A stretch of DNA of 64,000 bases from the NCBI RefSeq assembly GCF_009914755.1, contig NC_060931.1; one strand, written 5' to 3'. Position numbers and translations under genes: made by a program. Source of the DNA: the human T2T-CHM13v2.0 reference genome, Homo sapiens. Numbering within the stretch: the stretch's first letter is position 1; every line of letters starts with the position of its first letter. Below the pieces are notes generated by a model. The model saw only the letters and a program-made list of their open reading frames with translations. It was not told the origin of the DNA and did not search any database. Shown in pieces: positions 1-16,798 of this stretch.

Positions 1-430
1 TACATATGGTGTGCGGTTACAGTCTAAATTTTTTCATCCTCCTATGCATCATAAGCATGTTTGTAATATTTTCAAAAATAGTTCTACTGATGCTACAGGA
101 ATTTCAAGCCTGTGGTGAATGTTAGTATTTACCATAGGGAGTGAAGTGGAGTTATGGTTTCATTCAATAGAGTATTGCTGATTATACTTGAGTGGAATCC
201 TTTCCTCACGTACTCCCACAGACGTCTGGGCCTGGAAATTTTTTTTTTATTTTATTTTATTGTTTTTTTTTTTAGAAAAACACCACTTTTATTATGTACA
301 ATAAAATATTTCATTAGCTTGAATTGTATAGATTTTTAAAAATTCAATGAAAGCATGTTGTTTAATTTCTTTTTAAAATCACTGTTGGGCTTTGAAAGCA
401 TTGAGAATATAATATGAAATTATGACATTT
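1..430 (+). other. CAPZA2: Probable distal 3' UTR / poly(A) region of the upstream gene (likely CAPZA2)
   Basis: AT-rich unique sequence with AATAAA at 300-305 directly preceded by TGTA. Gene identity is inferred only from the known order CAPZA2-ST7; no CAPZA2 coding sequence is visible. Confidence 0.5.
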
Positions 431-749
431 TGTCTAAATCATCTTTTCTTTAGTTTTAAAATACAAGTTTTGGCACATTGGGATTCCTAAAGAAAATGAA
501 TTGGTAACATTAATTATCTGTTCCTTTTTAAAATATATATATTTGAAAGTTTGATGATGGTGAACTAAATACTAGATCTAATTGACAAGCTTAGTTGTAT
601 CAGTTAGGCCATCATGAGTTTCTATCCCATGAAAGTCATCAATTTCCTATCTCTGTTCTAGTCTGGAATGCATTACTGAAAATGTATGCAACTGTTTTTA
701 AGGTGATTTGCTTGTGAGACGGAAGATTTATCAAAAATAATTTAGAACA

Positions 750-1122
<373 letters not shown>

Positions 1123-1128
1123 TTATTA

Positions 1129-1484
<356 letters not shown>

Positions 1485-1499
1485 TCAGGGATGTAATTT

Positions 1500-2260
1500 T
1501 AGTAGGAGACATTATGGCTGCTTTGCTGAGTAGGCTGAAGTGTGGTGGCAAAGGCATAATCAGGGAGAACAGCTAGGAGACTACTGCAGTAATCTAGTTG
1601 AGAGAGCATGCTGGCTTGGACTGAGGTGGTTGCTGTAGAGGTGGTATAAAGCAGTGAGGTCTAGGTATATCCTAAAGGTAAAATCAGCAAGACCTGGGGA
1701 GAGTTTGGTCATGGAGTGTGAGATAAAGAGAACCATGTCTGGGGCTGGAGAAATTGAGGAAGATTCTTGTAGGAGCAAGTTGGTTTGGAGAAGAAGGCTG
1801 GTCAGGAGCTCAGTTTTCTATTCAAAGGAGAAATATCTCATGTAGCAGTTAGATACAGGAGACAGGAACTAGAGGAAAGCTCTGGGCTAGAAGAATGGGA
1901 AAGTGCATGAACCTGGAAACAATTTTATAGGCAGACAGGATGAAGGACCTCAAGGTTAGTGATAATGAATTTAAAGTAAATGAGACCAATGATGAGCATG
2001 GCTGTATGTTTTTCTTCAACCGTGTAAAGCTGTTTGGGTGCAGGCATAGAGTAGATGAAATAAATTTCACCAGGGCTGTGGTTTTGCCCAGAGTGAATGA
2101 CCACATGAAGAGGGGCAGGGTATGATGATGGTCTGTGGAATTTCAGCTGGGTAAGCAGGGAAGTGAGGGCTTGAGACGGGGGGAGGGATAGTGAAAATGT
2201 ACAACCAGTGGATTATAGGTGTGTTAAAGTAGGGGAACTAGAAAGAATGACCTGGAAATG
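1500..2260 (+). mobile_element. Degenerate L2-like fragment
   Basis: Purine-rich sequence resembling L2 3' region, by eye. Confidence 0.45.
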
Positions 2261-2269
2261 TAAGAAGTG

Positions 2270-2860
<591 letters not shown>

Positions 2861-3593
2861 GGAAATGTAAGAAGTGGTGATTGGAGAATGGTGTGCTTAA
2901 TTAAAATTGAGGTTTTGAGGAGTTACTAGTAATGACAAATATGACCAACGGAGTGACTGGCTGAGGGGAGAGAGGAGAGGACTTAAGCAACTGTGCCACT
3001 CAGCATTGGAAAGGTCACCTCTGTGACATTAAAATCAAGAATTCTGATAGAAGTAAGAGTTCTGGCATGAGTGGTGCTTTTCCAGAGTACACTTGGATAT
3101 ATGATTACATTTTAATAAGTTATATAAATATGCAGATATTCATGCGGCTTTTCCTCATTTGGGATTTTGGAAACTAAAATAGTAGTAAGAGCATTAAAAA
3201 AAAGATGTCCTGGAAGTTCTCGTTCATTGCAAATGTTCTTGAAATGTGAAATTCTTGGAAAAGTAATCAGGGACAACTATTGACAGTTGTGTGACATTTG
3301 GGTAGCCCTTTCTACAGTTAAAGTCATTGTGACTTTTAGTAGCCACACTGAAACCTTTGGAATAATGAAAGACCCTTTCAAAAGATCTTCCATACTGATG
3401 ATCAGTTTGCGCCTTTGCCATCTATGGGGTATGAAATGTAAAGGCACATTTAGCCAGGAGTTAACACAGGTGTTTTGTAATGCGTGCATGTTATGAAACA
3501 TCCCAAGAAAGATGTGTATTTCTGTTCACTTCTCTTAAGATGCAGTATTTAAAAGAATCATAGTGTACTTGCTAGTCTTAAATGTAAATTTTG

Positions 3594-3906
3594 GGCCAGG
3601 CACGGTGGCTCATGCCTGTAATCCCAGCACTTTGGGAGGCTGAGGCAGGTGGATCACCTGAGGTCAGGAATTTGAGACCAGCCTGACCAGCGTGGTGAAA
3701 CCTCATCTCTACTAAAAAAATACAAAATTAGCCAGGCGTGGTGGTGCACACCTGTAATCCCAGCTACTTGGGAGGCTGAAACAATTGCTTGAGCCTGGGA
3801 GGCAGAGGTTGCAGTGAGCCAAGATCACGCCATTGCACTCCAAAGAGTGAAACTCCATCTCTGAATGAATGAATGAATGAATGAATGAACGAATGAATGA
3901 ATGAAT
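3594..3906 (+). mobile_element. Alu with (GAAT)n tail
   Basis: Alu consensus match; microsatellite ~3863-3906. Confidence 0.93.
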
Positions 3907-4281
3907 AGTATAGATTTGGGGGCTTGAAACTGAGGACTTCTTAAAGGCAGATGCTGTGTAGACATATCCAAATTTGACATTCTGAGTATTATGCAAAAGC
4001 TTTATTGTAAGTTTGACCAGTAGTGCTAGCTATTGCAGAATACGCAAAATATTCACAGGTTAAGATTAAAATAGCCGATTAAATTTTTAAGGTCTAGTTA
4101 GCATTAGAAATTAATGTCAGGTCATTCACATTTAAGCAGATGTATTGAGAGAGCTGTTCTAGGCGTTGTGGAGTTTGGAAAATAGAAAACCGTTTCTTAA
4201 AGCAATCTACAAACTACTCATGGAACAACAGTGTTTTCCTACCCTTGTCACATCACAACATATGTAGAAAATGATATTTGT

Positions 4282-4580
4282 GGCTGGGCACAGTAGCTCA
4301 CACTTCTAATCCCAGCACTTCGGGAGGCTGAGGCAGGTGGATCCTTTCAGTCTAGGAGTTCAAGACCAGCCTAGGCAACATGGCAAAACTCTGTCTCTAC
4401 TAAAAATACAAAAATTAGCCAGGTGTGGCGTACGCCTGTAGTCCCAGCTACTCAGGAGCTGAGCTGGGAGGATCACCTGAGCCTGGACAGGTTGAGGCTG
4501 CAGTCAGCTGTGATCGTGCCACTGCACTCTAACCTGGGTGATAGAGTGAGAACCTGTCTGAAAATATACAAATAAATAAG
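4282..4580 (+). mobile_element. Alu
   Basis: Alu consensus match. Confidence 0.92.
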
Positions 4581-5136
4581 GCACACTGCAGGAAATGGAC
4601 AAGGCTGCATGCTAATTGTTGTAAGGGTTAAGAAGATCAGTATCTTGGCACACCTTAAACCTGTTTAGGAAGATGTGCCATGGACAACACAGATTGTTTG
4701 TAAGATAAACTTCAAGCCTTACCTAAGATAGCTTTTAAAGAGATGTCAAGCCAAGGGAGGTTTTCTGGAAAGGATGAGTTTTAAACTGCTTTGGCAAGTA
4801 TGCATGCCAGTGGTAGGAAGGAAATCCTCTTGTATCTCAGTGAAGCATTAATATGTAGATAATAGGTTTCTGGTAAAGAAATGTCATGGGTCAGAATGTC
4901 ATCCAGTTCAAAACTAAATCTGACTTTAAAACAGCACAGTACAAAATGAAATTATAACAGTAACGTTAAGAATCAGTGTTCTTATAAACTATAGTATGGC
5001 TAATAAGATATTTTCTCTCTGGTTTTGGTATAATCTAACAAAAGAGTATTAGTTAACGTCAGTTTCCATTTTTGCAGTGTGACTGTATCAGAAAACAGAT
5101 TTTTTTTCACACAAACTCGCTAGAAAACACATCACG

Positions 5137-5430
<294 letters not shown>

Positions 5431-6304
5431 CATCACGGATACCAAATCAGCCACTGACTCTCATAACATGAGCTGTGTGTGGGACAATCTGCAGTTAAAG
5501 CATGCTGATTAGTAGAAGACTGTTAAGGAAGCCCAGTTGGCATATCTTAGAAGATTGATGACTTCTGGGAAAATTTGTAAAATGCCCAGCTCTTTAACCA
5601 AATAAATTTTCAAGGAATTATTTTACTGCAAGGATATCCCAAAAAATCTTGCTGACTAAACAGCACAAAGTGTCACCTTCCTTTGGGCTGCTAACTTGCT
5701 AGACTCTCAGCGTCTGAATACCTGATCTGGATCTCTTCCATCCCAGACTTTGACCTGAAAATGAAGGCTTGCCTCCTGTTTCCCAAAAGAATACTAAACA
5801 GAAATAGCCGGGAGCAATAACTCTCTTAAGTATAAATTAAGGACTTAGGGAAGACTTTAGTTCTTTGAAAAAGGAGAGCAAAATATAGGAGATCAGTGTT
5901 CCAGGACACTGAAAGCATCTCCAGTGAGGAAAAGGCAAGGTAAAGAAAAGCCTGCCCACGCACACTCATTTGCCCCTTACTTCGGGGCTTTACAGAGGAG
6001 AAAGAGAAATTTTTAAAGGAAATAAATCTCATTCCAGAGACTTGAAAAGGCAAAACCGTAAGTCAACCTAAATATCCAACCACAGCGAATGAGTACAGAT
6101 ACTGTGGTTTGTTAACACTGGGAGAGCATACAGCTTTTAAAAACTTGTGAGTCAGAGGTTATATTAACATACTATGAAAACCCCTGTTGAGAGAACAAAA
6201 CAAGTTGTATACTAACGTTTAAAAATACATAAAACAATACAAATGTTTTATCATTTTATATATAGTGACTCTATAAACATACAATGGATTAAAACACCAA
6301 ATCA

Positions 6305-6592
6305 GGCCAGATGTGTGGCTCACACCTATAATCCAGGCACCTTGGGAGGCCAAGGTGCTAGAATCGCTTGAGCCCAGGTGTTCCAAGATCAGCCTGGGCA
6401 ATATATCAAGACCCCATTTCTAGAAAAATTTTAAAATTAGCTGGGCACAGTGATGTGTGCCTATGGTCCTAGCTACTCAGGAGGTTGAGGCAAGAGGATC
6501 ACTTGAGCCCAGGAGTTCAAATTACAGTGAGCTTTGATCATGTCACTGCACTCCAGCCTGGGTGGCCAAGTGAGACCCTATCTCTCAAAAAA
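6305..6592 (+). mobile_element. Alu (J-like)
   Basis: Diverged Alu dimer. Confidence 0.9.
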
Positions 6593-6749
6593 AGTAGAAT
6601 AATATATGTGTGGGGAGGAACATAAGGGAATAGGATTAGGGAACTGTATAAAAGGATTGTAACTTTTTTTAATTGGATAATAGGTATATAGGTGTTCATT
6701 ACAACAATCTCAAATTTTAAATGTCATTTAAAAAATTATACAACTTATG

Positions 6750-7400
6750 CTGACATATAACTCTACGTGAAAGGAAATATATACAAAGATTGAGTCGGGC
6801 AAAAGTAGAAAAATGACAGGTCATAACCATAGGATGAATAGAATAGAAAGTTTACTAATACCCCTTTAAAAAGTCATTAGACTCATTATTTTACAGAGAA
6901 TTTTATCCAACTTACCACATACAGATAATTTTCTATGTTACAGAAATTATTTTAGATGGTAGAAAAAGATAGATATCATTTTATGAGACTTATTTATAAG
7001 CTTAAATAAGAATAGCACCAAAACCAGAAAACTGATCAAACTTCCCTGTATAGTCAAAAGTAAAATTCCTTAATACATTAATAAAGAATACTACATTATG
7101 ATCAAGTATGGTTTATCACTGGAAACCAATGATTGTTCCCTGTTAGGAAATCTAGTACAGTAGCCTCCTATATTAGCATATTAAAGAAAAGCACATATAA
7201 TTCTCTGAGAAAATATCATTAAACCATTTGATAAAGTTTAGTCCCTAATCCTCACTTTAAGGGCAGCATCTCAAATCAATGGGGCAACAGATGAATGATG
7301 CTGAGACAACAGGGTAGCCAGCTGTGGGAGAAAAGTTGGATCTATACCTCATACCTTACACCAAGTTAAAATTGCACCAAAGATTTAATGATATAAAATG
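6750..7400 (+). mobile_element. Ancient L1M ORF2-derived fragment
   Basis: A-rich degenerate similarity to L1 ORF2 (e.g. CATTATGATCAAGTATGGTTTATC, CCATTTGATAAAGTT). Confidence 0.5.
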
Positions 7401-7405
7401 ATATT

Positions 7406-7663
7406 GGCCACGTGCGGTGGCTCACACCTGTAATCCCAGCACTTTGGGAGGCCGAGGCAGGCGGATCACTTGAGGTCAGGAGTTGGAAACCACCCTGTCC
7501 AACATGGTGAAACCCCGTCTCTACTAAAAGTACAAAAATTAGCCGGGTGTGGTGATGGGTTCCTGTAATCCCAGCTACGGAGGTTGCAGTGAGCTGAGAT
7601 TGCGCCACTGCACTCTAGCCTGGGTGACAGAGCGAGATTCCATCTCAAAAAAAAAAAAAAAAA
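7406..7663 (+). mobile_element. Alu with internal right-arm deletion
   Basis: CCCAGCTAC joins directly to GGAGGTTGCAG. Confidence 0.93.
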
Positions 7664-7740
7664 GATATCATAAATGTTCTTGAAGAAATGGTATTTTTTA
7701 AGTAATAGCAATATCAGAATAATTTTAGAAAAAACCCTTA

Positions 7741-8078
<338 letters not shown>

Positions 8079-8251
8079 TCATAAAAATTAAGATTTTCTA
8101 CATGGCTTAAAATGCTCTAAACAAAGTCAGAAGACATCATTCACAAGGGAAAACATTTGCAACTTACCTAACAGGTGGTTACTTTTTCAAAAATCTAATG
8201 AGTACCTACAGCACAATAACATAAGAGTCCTATAGAAAATTGAAAAGCATG

Positions 8252-8405
8252 GGCCAGGCGTGGTAGCTTACACCTCTAATCCCAGCACTTTGGGAGACTG
8301 AGGTGGGAGGATCACTTGAGCCCAGGAGTTCACAGTCAGCCTGGGCAACACTGTGAAACTCTCTTGTGTCTATAAAAAAAAAAAAAAAAAAAAAAGAAAG
8401 AAAGA
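8252..8405 (+). mobile_element. Alu left monomer (FLAM-like)
   Basis: Monomer plus poly-A, TSD AGAAAATTGAAAAGCA. Confidence 0.88.
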
Positions 8406-9061
8406 AAATTGAAAAGCAGTGCCTATGGCACCTGAGCTCCTGACATTATGGAGAGCCTTACCAAACTTGAACTTCCTCACTGGACATTTATTGAGAAATA
8501 AACATATTTAAGCCACTGCTCTTTGGAATGTATTTTATTTCTTATCACCCCTGCCACCCCTGCAACCCCTGCCTCTCACCCTATATAGCATTTAGTGCCA
8601 GAAATAGGATCCTGCAAGTATCAAAATCTGAAGTGTGGCATTGGTTAAAGGCAATGTAAGTCAACAGGGGTTCTGCTGACATCTGAGTCCACTACAACGT
8701 GCAAGACTGTTCTCCTCTATCCCTAGACACTAAATGCTACTGACACCTCCTAATCCTTGTAACAGTCAAAAATAATGCCCTAGAGGAAGGGAATATTACT
8801 CCAGTGACTAGGGGGATTTAGTAGGGCCTAGATATTGCAGGCTGGAAAGCTGGTGACCCTTGTTAGGCCATGATAAAACATTGAAATTATTGCCTCAAGT
8901 AAGTAGATTGACATGACAATAGGAAAGATGGCAGGGAAGACTCAGAATGGAAGAAAGGAATTAGCAGCCATACTGAACTCCTCCTCTCTTGTCTGGGTTA
9001 TTTGAGGAGACATTTGAGCCCAGCAGAACTTCTTACAACTTCAAATTTTGCAAGGATTGCC

Positions 9062-9360
9062 CTGCTGGGTGCAGTGGCTCACACCTGTAATCCCAGCACT
9101 TTGGGAGGCCGAGGCAGGCAGATTACTTGAGGTCAGGAGTTTAAGACCAGCCTGACAAACATGGCAAAATTCCATCTCTACTAAAAATACAAAAAAATTA
9201 GCCAGGCGTGGTGGCGTGCACCTGTAATCCCATCTACTCAGGAGGCTGAGGCAGGAGAATCACTTGAACTGGGAGGTGGAGATTAAATGAGCAGAGTTAG
9301 CTACACTCCAGCCTGGGCAACAGAGCGAGACTCCATCTCAAAAAAATAAAAAAATAAAAA
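9062..9360 (+). mobile_element. Alu
   Basis: Alu consensus match. Confidence 0.92.
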
Positions 9361-9519
9361 TGTTTCCAAGTCCACTGAACTGGACTGTCAAGATCCTTCT
9401 TTCTCTCACTTGTAATTTGTGGACTGTAGGTCCAAAGTGATAACATTACCCAGGAGAAGGTTAAAGGTAGAGATGAGAATAAGTGTATTGCCCTTCCCCC
9501 AAGCCCACTGTCATAGAAA

Positions 9520-9745
9520 ATATATTCATTTTCTATTGCTGTATAACAAGTGGTCACAAAGTTAGGTCTTAAAATAATGCAACCTTATTATCTCACAGTT
9601 CTCATGGGTTCAGGCACATGTCAGCTGTGTCCTCTGTTCATGGTTCCGCGAGGCTGAAATCAAGGTGATGTCTGAGGCTGCAATCTCATCTGAGGCTTGG
9701 ATTCCTCTTCCAAGCTTATGTGGTTGTTGGCAGTTCCTTGTGAAT
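9520..9745 (-). mobile_element. MLT1 (MaLR) LTR fragment
   Basis: TTTCTATTGCTGTATAACAA...TCTCACAGTTCT...GGCTGAAATCAAGGTG motifs. Confidence 0.65.
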
Positions 9746-10684
9746 TGAATTTTGGAATAGAGCAATTATGTAATGTGTTAGCCAAACTGCAATATTTTTG
9801 AGAGAATGGAGAGCTCTTAATTATTACATTGAAATAACAGGTGTAAATAGGAACTATTCTGGACAAACTGCTATGTGTGGCCACCCTAATCAACAACAGT
9901 GAACTCTGAAAGCTGTGCAGCCCCAGTCATAGCCAGGAAAGATAATGGACAATGAAGAACCTTCCCTGGGAATGACGCACAAGGAGTTTTCCTCAGAGAG
10001 CGGAATCAGGGGCTACCTCATGAACTAAGCCATAAAACCACTACCAGAGTAGGGAAACCTTGTTTCATTTCTGAATTGCAATTATTCTGTTCCTACGTTG
10101 TATATTAAGAGTGTTAGGGCACTTAACATCTTCTAATTTATAGTTTGCTGGACGATGAGATGCATTTGTTTTTGGTGATGAGAATTGTGTATTCACCCTG
10201 CTATCTTGGACTTGGAGCTGACTGTAGTGAGGGATGGGTCCTTGGGGGGGGGGTAAATATACTACTCTGTGTGTAACTAGAAGGATGTGTTCACATAAAT
10301 CAAAGGCGGTAATCTGTGGTGGAAATTGGTGGTTGCCCCTTCAATATTTATTTTTAGTTATGTGACTAAGTTCTGGCTAATGGGATAAATGAAAGCGTTG
10401 TAGGGCAACTCCTGGGATTTGCCCTCAGGGTCAGAACCTGTGTACTCCCCTTTTATTCTCTCTTCCTCCATCCTGCTCTTTGAAACTCTGATGCCACCGT
10501 CTTGAGCCATCAGGTCTAGGCACAAATGGAACTGAACACTCTCCCTCACACTTTGAAACACAATACCAGCTCAAATCATGTACCTGGCTTTTTACCTGAG
10601 AAACAAACTTCTATCTTGTTTAAGCCTCTGCTATTTTGTTTGTTGTCATCTGCAGCTTAACCTAATCTTAAAACTTAGATCCTC

Positions 10685-10982
10685 AGCCAGGAGCGGTGGC
10701 TCATGCCTGTAATCCCAGTACTTCGGGAGGCTGAGGCGGGCGGATCATGAGGTCAGGAGTTCGAGATCAGCCTGGCCTGGCCAGCATAGTGAAACCACAT
10801 CTCTACTAAAAATACAAAAAACTTAGCCGGGCGTGGCAGCAGGCACCTGTAATCCCAGCTACTTGGGAGGCTGAGGCAAGGAGAATCGCTTGAACCTGGG
10901 AGGTTGCAGTGAGCGGAGATTGCGCCACTGCACTCCAGCCCGGGCAACAGTGCGAGACGCCGTCTCAAAAAAAAAAAAAAAA
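10685..10982 (+). mobile_element. Alu
   Basis: Dimer, flanking AAAACTTAG repeat. Confidence 0.93.
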
Positions 10983-11299
10983 CTTAGGTGCTCACTCTGC
11001 ACCTCATCCTGTCTGATATTTAAAAAAAAAAAAAAAAATCATATGGGCTTGAAGATCTGGCCAAACCAAATAGTGAACATTTTGGAACTAATAATGAGTT
11101 ACAGAAAAACCTTCCTGTAAAGTCAACAAAACTCAGAAATCATAAAGGAAAAGACTGACAGATTTTTCCTCCCCACACATTTAATATATTCTGGCCACAG
11201 AATATGTTAAATATTCTACAGAAGAATATTCATGGGAGAGCCCCTTAGAAATGGTTGCAAACTTTTTTTCTCTCTCCATCTGCTCGCGCTCTGTCTCTC

Positions 11300-11575
11300 T
11301 CTGGAATCTCGCTTTGTTGCCAGGCTGGAGTGCAGTGGCACGATCATAGCTCACTGCAGCCTCAAATTCCTGGGTTCAAGTGATCGTCCTGCCTCAGCCT
11401 CCTGAGTAGCTAGGACTACAGACTCGCGCCACCACACCCGGCTATTTTTATTTTTCACAGAGACAGGGTCTCGCCATGTTGCCCAGGCTGGTCTCAAACC
11501 CCTGGGTTCAAGCAATCCTCCCTCCCTGGCCTCCCAAAGTGCTGGGATTGCAGGTGTGAGCCGTCGCACCAGGCC
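11300..11575 (-). mobile_element. Alu (J-like)
   Basis: Reverse Alu consensus. Confidence 0.9.
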
Positions 11576-11752
11576 TGCCTTTTATCTTTTAATTTTGTGT
11601 TTGGCATCTTTTGTGTTCAGAGATGTTATCATTATGTGTCTCGCTTAGTGTTTAAAAATTCTGCTTAAAAGGGAAAATGGTTTGTGTTTCTGAGCATGTG
11701 TTTGAGTGGGATGAGATCCTGTTTCCGAAATTAACGACAGGAATGGACAAGA

Positions 11753-11787
11753 CTGCAGTTTCCAAGAGGCGCCAGCAGGTGGCACTG
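11753..11787 (+). promoter_or_regulatory. CTCF site with upstream (ZF9-11) motif
   Basis: Core GCGCCAGCAGGTGGCACTG (11769-11787) fits CCASYAGRKGGCRS; CTGCAGTTTCC lies 5 bp upstream; unique sequence with retained CpGs. Confidence 0.8.
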
Positions 11788-12833
11788 TTCCCATTTCAAG
11801 CTAATCGCAGTATAGGTAGATGCCGCGCGGAGAAACGAGTCCAGGACATCCTGTGTCCCATCCCTTGGAGCATCTCCGCTGCTCAAGGTTCGGCTATTAC
11901 TCAGCAGAAGGGCACTGCTGGTCTGGAAAAGAAACTTTAGGAAGCGGAAATAGTGATAAGTTAGGGTATTTATTACCGGCTAACACTTGTAGAAAAGTTT
12001 GACTATATTCAAGCCAAGAACACAAGGATTCTTGGCTGTCTTTGAAGTTAGGGACTCATCTGCAAATGTGAAGCGAGCTATGATCTCTTTTCTCAGAAAA
12101 GTGCATTCGTGTCTGCACATTGCCATTTTTCTCTCTGTCTTCTCTCACAACACGCAGTCTTCATACAATTAGAGTTCATGGCCCCTATAATCCACTATCT
12201 CTTGACCTGAATAATGTTCACAGATTTCACACAAAAAAACTGTTTCAGACCTCCACTGTTAAATTATTTTCAGCACAACTCGTCTTTTAACAAACTTTCC
12301 TCCAACTCTTCCTGGTTGCAGACACTATTCTAGGTACTTGATAAACACAGCAGTGAATTAGACAGTGAAAAGGGCCTTAGTCACTAGAGAGAGAGAGAGA
12401 GGCACTACATAAGTCAACAACAGCAAAAAATGCCAGATAGGGATAAAGGTATAAAGAAAATAGGGTAAAGTCCTCTGTAAAGAGATGGCATGAAAACCAA
12501 GATGAGAAGGAAGCAGGAGTCAGAAAACGCGGGGGACAGTATTCCCCACAAGGAACCAGCTTCTGCAAAGGCCGAGGCGGCGGTGGGCTTGGCTGAATCA
12601 GCCAGAACTCTTGGCATTTCTCTCAATTCCTTTCTTTCTTTCACTAACCACATTCAATTGACAGCGAGTTCTGTCCATTTTACTTCCAAAATACATCTCA
12701 AGTAAGTCCACTTCTCTCTATTCCTAGTGCTATCACCCTAATACAAACTGCCTAGACTGTGGGAATAATCTAACTTTTTTGTTCATTTGTTCGGCATCTA
12801 CTCTCATTTCCCTCCAATCCATTTCCTATCTAG

Positions 12834-13207
<374 letters not shown>

Positions 13208-13408
13208 TAATGCAAGTCTTGTCGTTTTCCTTTCCTGCTTAAAACCCCTCACATCCTTGCTAATGAGGTCTCTAAATGGCCTTCTCAGGGTAAAGGTAGA
13301 AAGAATGGCAGATAAAACAAGACAGCTGGCTGATGTGGAGGGTCCTGCCCCTTCCCCCTTACTCTTGTGCACTCAGTTGCACTTTCAGCACCTAACAGTG
13401 GCTTAAAC

Positions 13409-15152
<1,744 letters not shown>

Positions 15153-15879
15153 TTAAACTAGGGTGTAAACCATAAAGACATTTGTTGTTTATTTAAGAAA
15201 TCCACACTCCACAAAGCACACATATTTCAAAACATCATGTTGTACATAATAAATATATACAATTTTGTCAATTTAAAAGTTAATTTTAAGAAAAGAAGTT
15301 CAGATGTAGGTGATTCCAAGGTTAGTTCAGGAACTCAATAATGGTGCCAAAGACTCAATTTCCTTTTATCTTTCTGCGCTATCATTTGTAGCATTTCTAT
15401 TTGTTTGTTTGTTTGTTGTCTTCTCATGGTCACAAAATGGCGGTGATAGCTCCAAGCTTTGCAGCTGATAGAAAAAAAGAAGCTTGGACAATGCATGTAT
15501 AGATCAGAGACCTCTCAGCAAGTGTGGGGTAGAGGCTGACAACAAAAGACCAGGATGAGACAATTACACAATGCTGCCAAGGCCAGCACAGGTCAGAGAC
15601 AGACTCAGAGATGGATGCTGTCTCTTCATTTAATGGGGAAACAGCAAAGTTTCAGTTTAGAATTAATACCAGTGGAAAAACAAGAGGAAAAATTCTGAAT
15701 GTGGCTGAGTTAATCTCCATATGAATAGAAATTAATCTGGACATGACAGAAATTAAGTTAACAATAATGAAGTTTGCAGTCTCCTCTAATAGAGTGTCAG
15801 CTGCAGGAGGGCAGATATCTTGTCTGCCTTGTTCACTACTGTGGCAGATACTTCATTTTGAGTTGCCTACTCAAAATGC

Positions 15880-16007
15880 TTTCTTCCTTCCCCCTTCTTC
15901 CCTCCTCCGTCCCTCTCTATCCTCCCTTCCTCCTTTCCTTCCTTCCTTCCTTCTTTCCTTCCTTCCTCCTGTCCTCCCTTCCTCCCTCCCCCTTTCTTTT
16001 TTTTTTC
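15880..16007. repeat. (CCTT)n / CT-rich tract
   Basis: Directly visible. Confidence 0.9.
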
Positions 16008-16303
16008 CTAACACATCTTGAAGTACCTTTGAGATGTCAATATGCCTAGTCAAAGTACACATTTGCCGTTTCCTTTGAAAATATTGGTGGCCAAGTGATG
16101 AGCTGTGAGCAGTAGTGGGGTGGGGCTTCAGGAAATGCTCTCTAAAGGAAAGAAGCTCTTCTGACTTGCTCTTCCCTCTGCCCTTCTTCCTCCCTGGAAT
16201 GTGGACCTGTTTCCTGGAGATGCAACAGCCCTCTTGCAGCCCTGGGAATAAAAACTGAATGCTGTACCAGAGGTAGAGCAGGCCAGTGGAAGGAGCCTGG
16301 GTG

Positions 16304-16442
16304 CTCTCTCTTTCTCTCTCTCTATCTATCTATATATATGTATATTATCTATATATATCTATATATCTATAACATACTATAATATATATTATCTCTATAT
16401 ATCTATATATCTCTATATAATATATAGATATATAATATATAT

Positions 16443-16495
<53 letters not shown>
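16304..16495. repeat. Compound (TC)n/(TA)n microsatellite at an Alu tail
   Basis: Directly visible. Confidence 0.92.
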
Positions 16496-16512
<17 letters not shown>

Positions 16513-16798
16513 TTTGAGACAGGGACTCATTCTGTCGCCCAGGCTGGAGTGCAGTGACGTGATCTTGGCTCACTGCAGCCTTGACCTTCCAGGATCAAAT
16601 GATCCTCCCATTTCAGCCTCCTGAGTAGCTGGGACTACAGGCATGCACCACCACGCCTGGTTAATTTTTGTATTTTTTTGTAGAGACAGGGTTTCGCCAT
16701 GTTGCCCAGCCTGGTCTCAAACTCCTATACTCAAGCAATCCACCCACCTCAGCCTCCCAGAGTGTTGGGACTACATGCATGAGCCCCTGTGCCTGGCC
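16495..16798 (-). mobile_element. Alu (J-like), within a probable old MLT1 LTR (~16090-16920)
   Basis: Reverse Alu; GAGCCTGGG on both sides of Alu plus tail. Confidence 0.88.
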
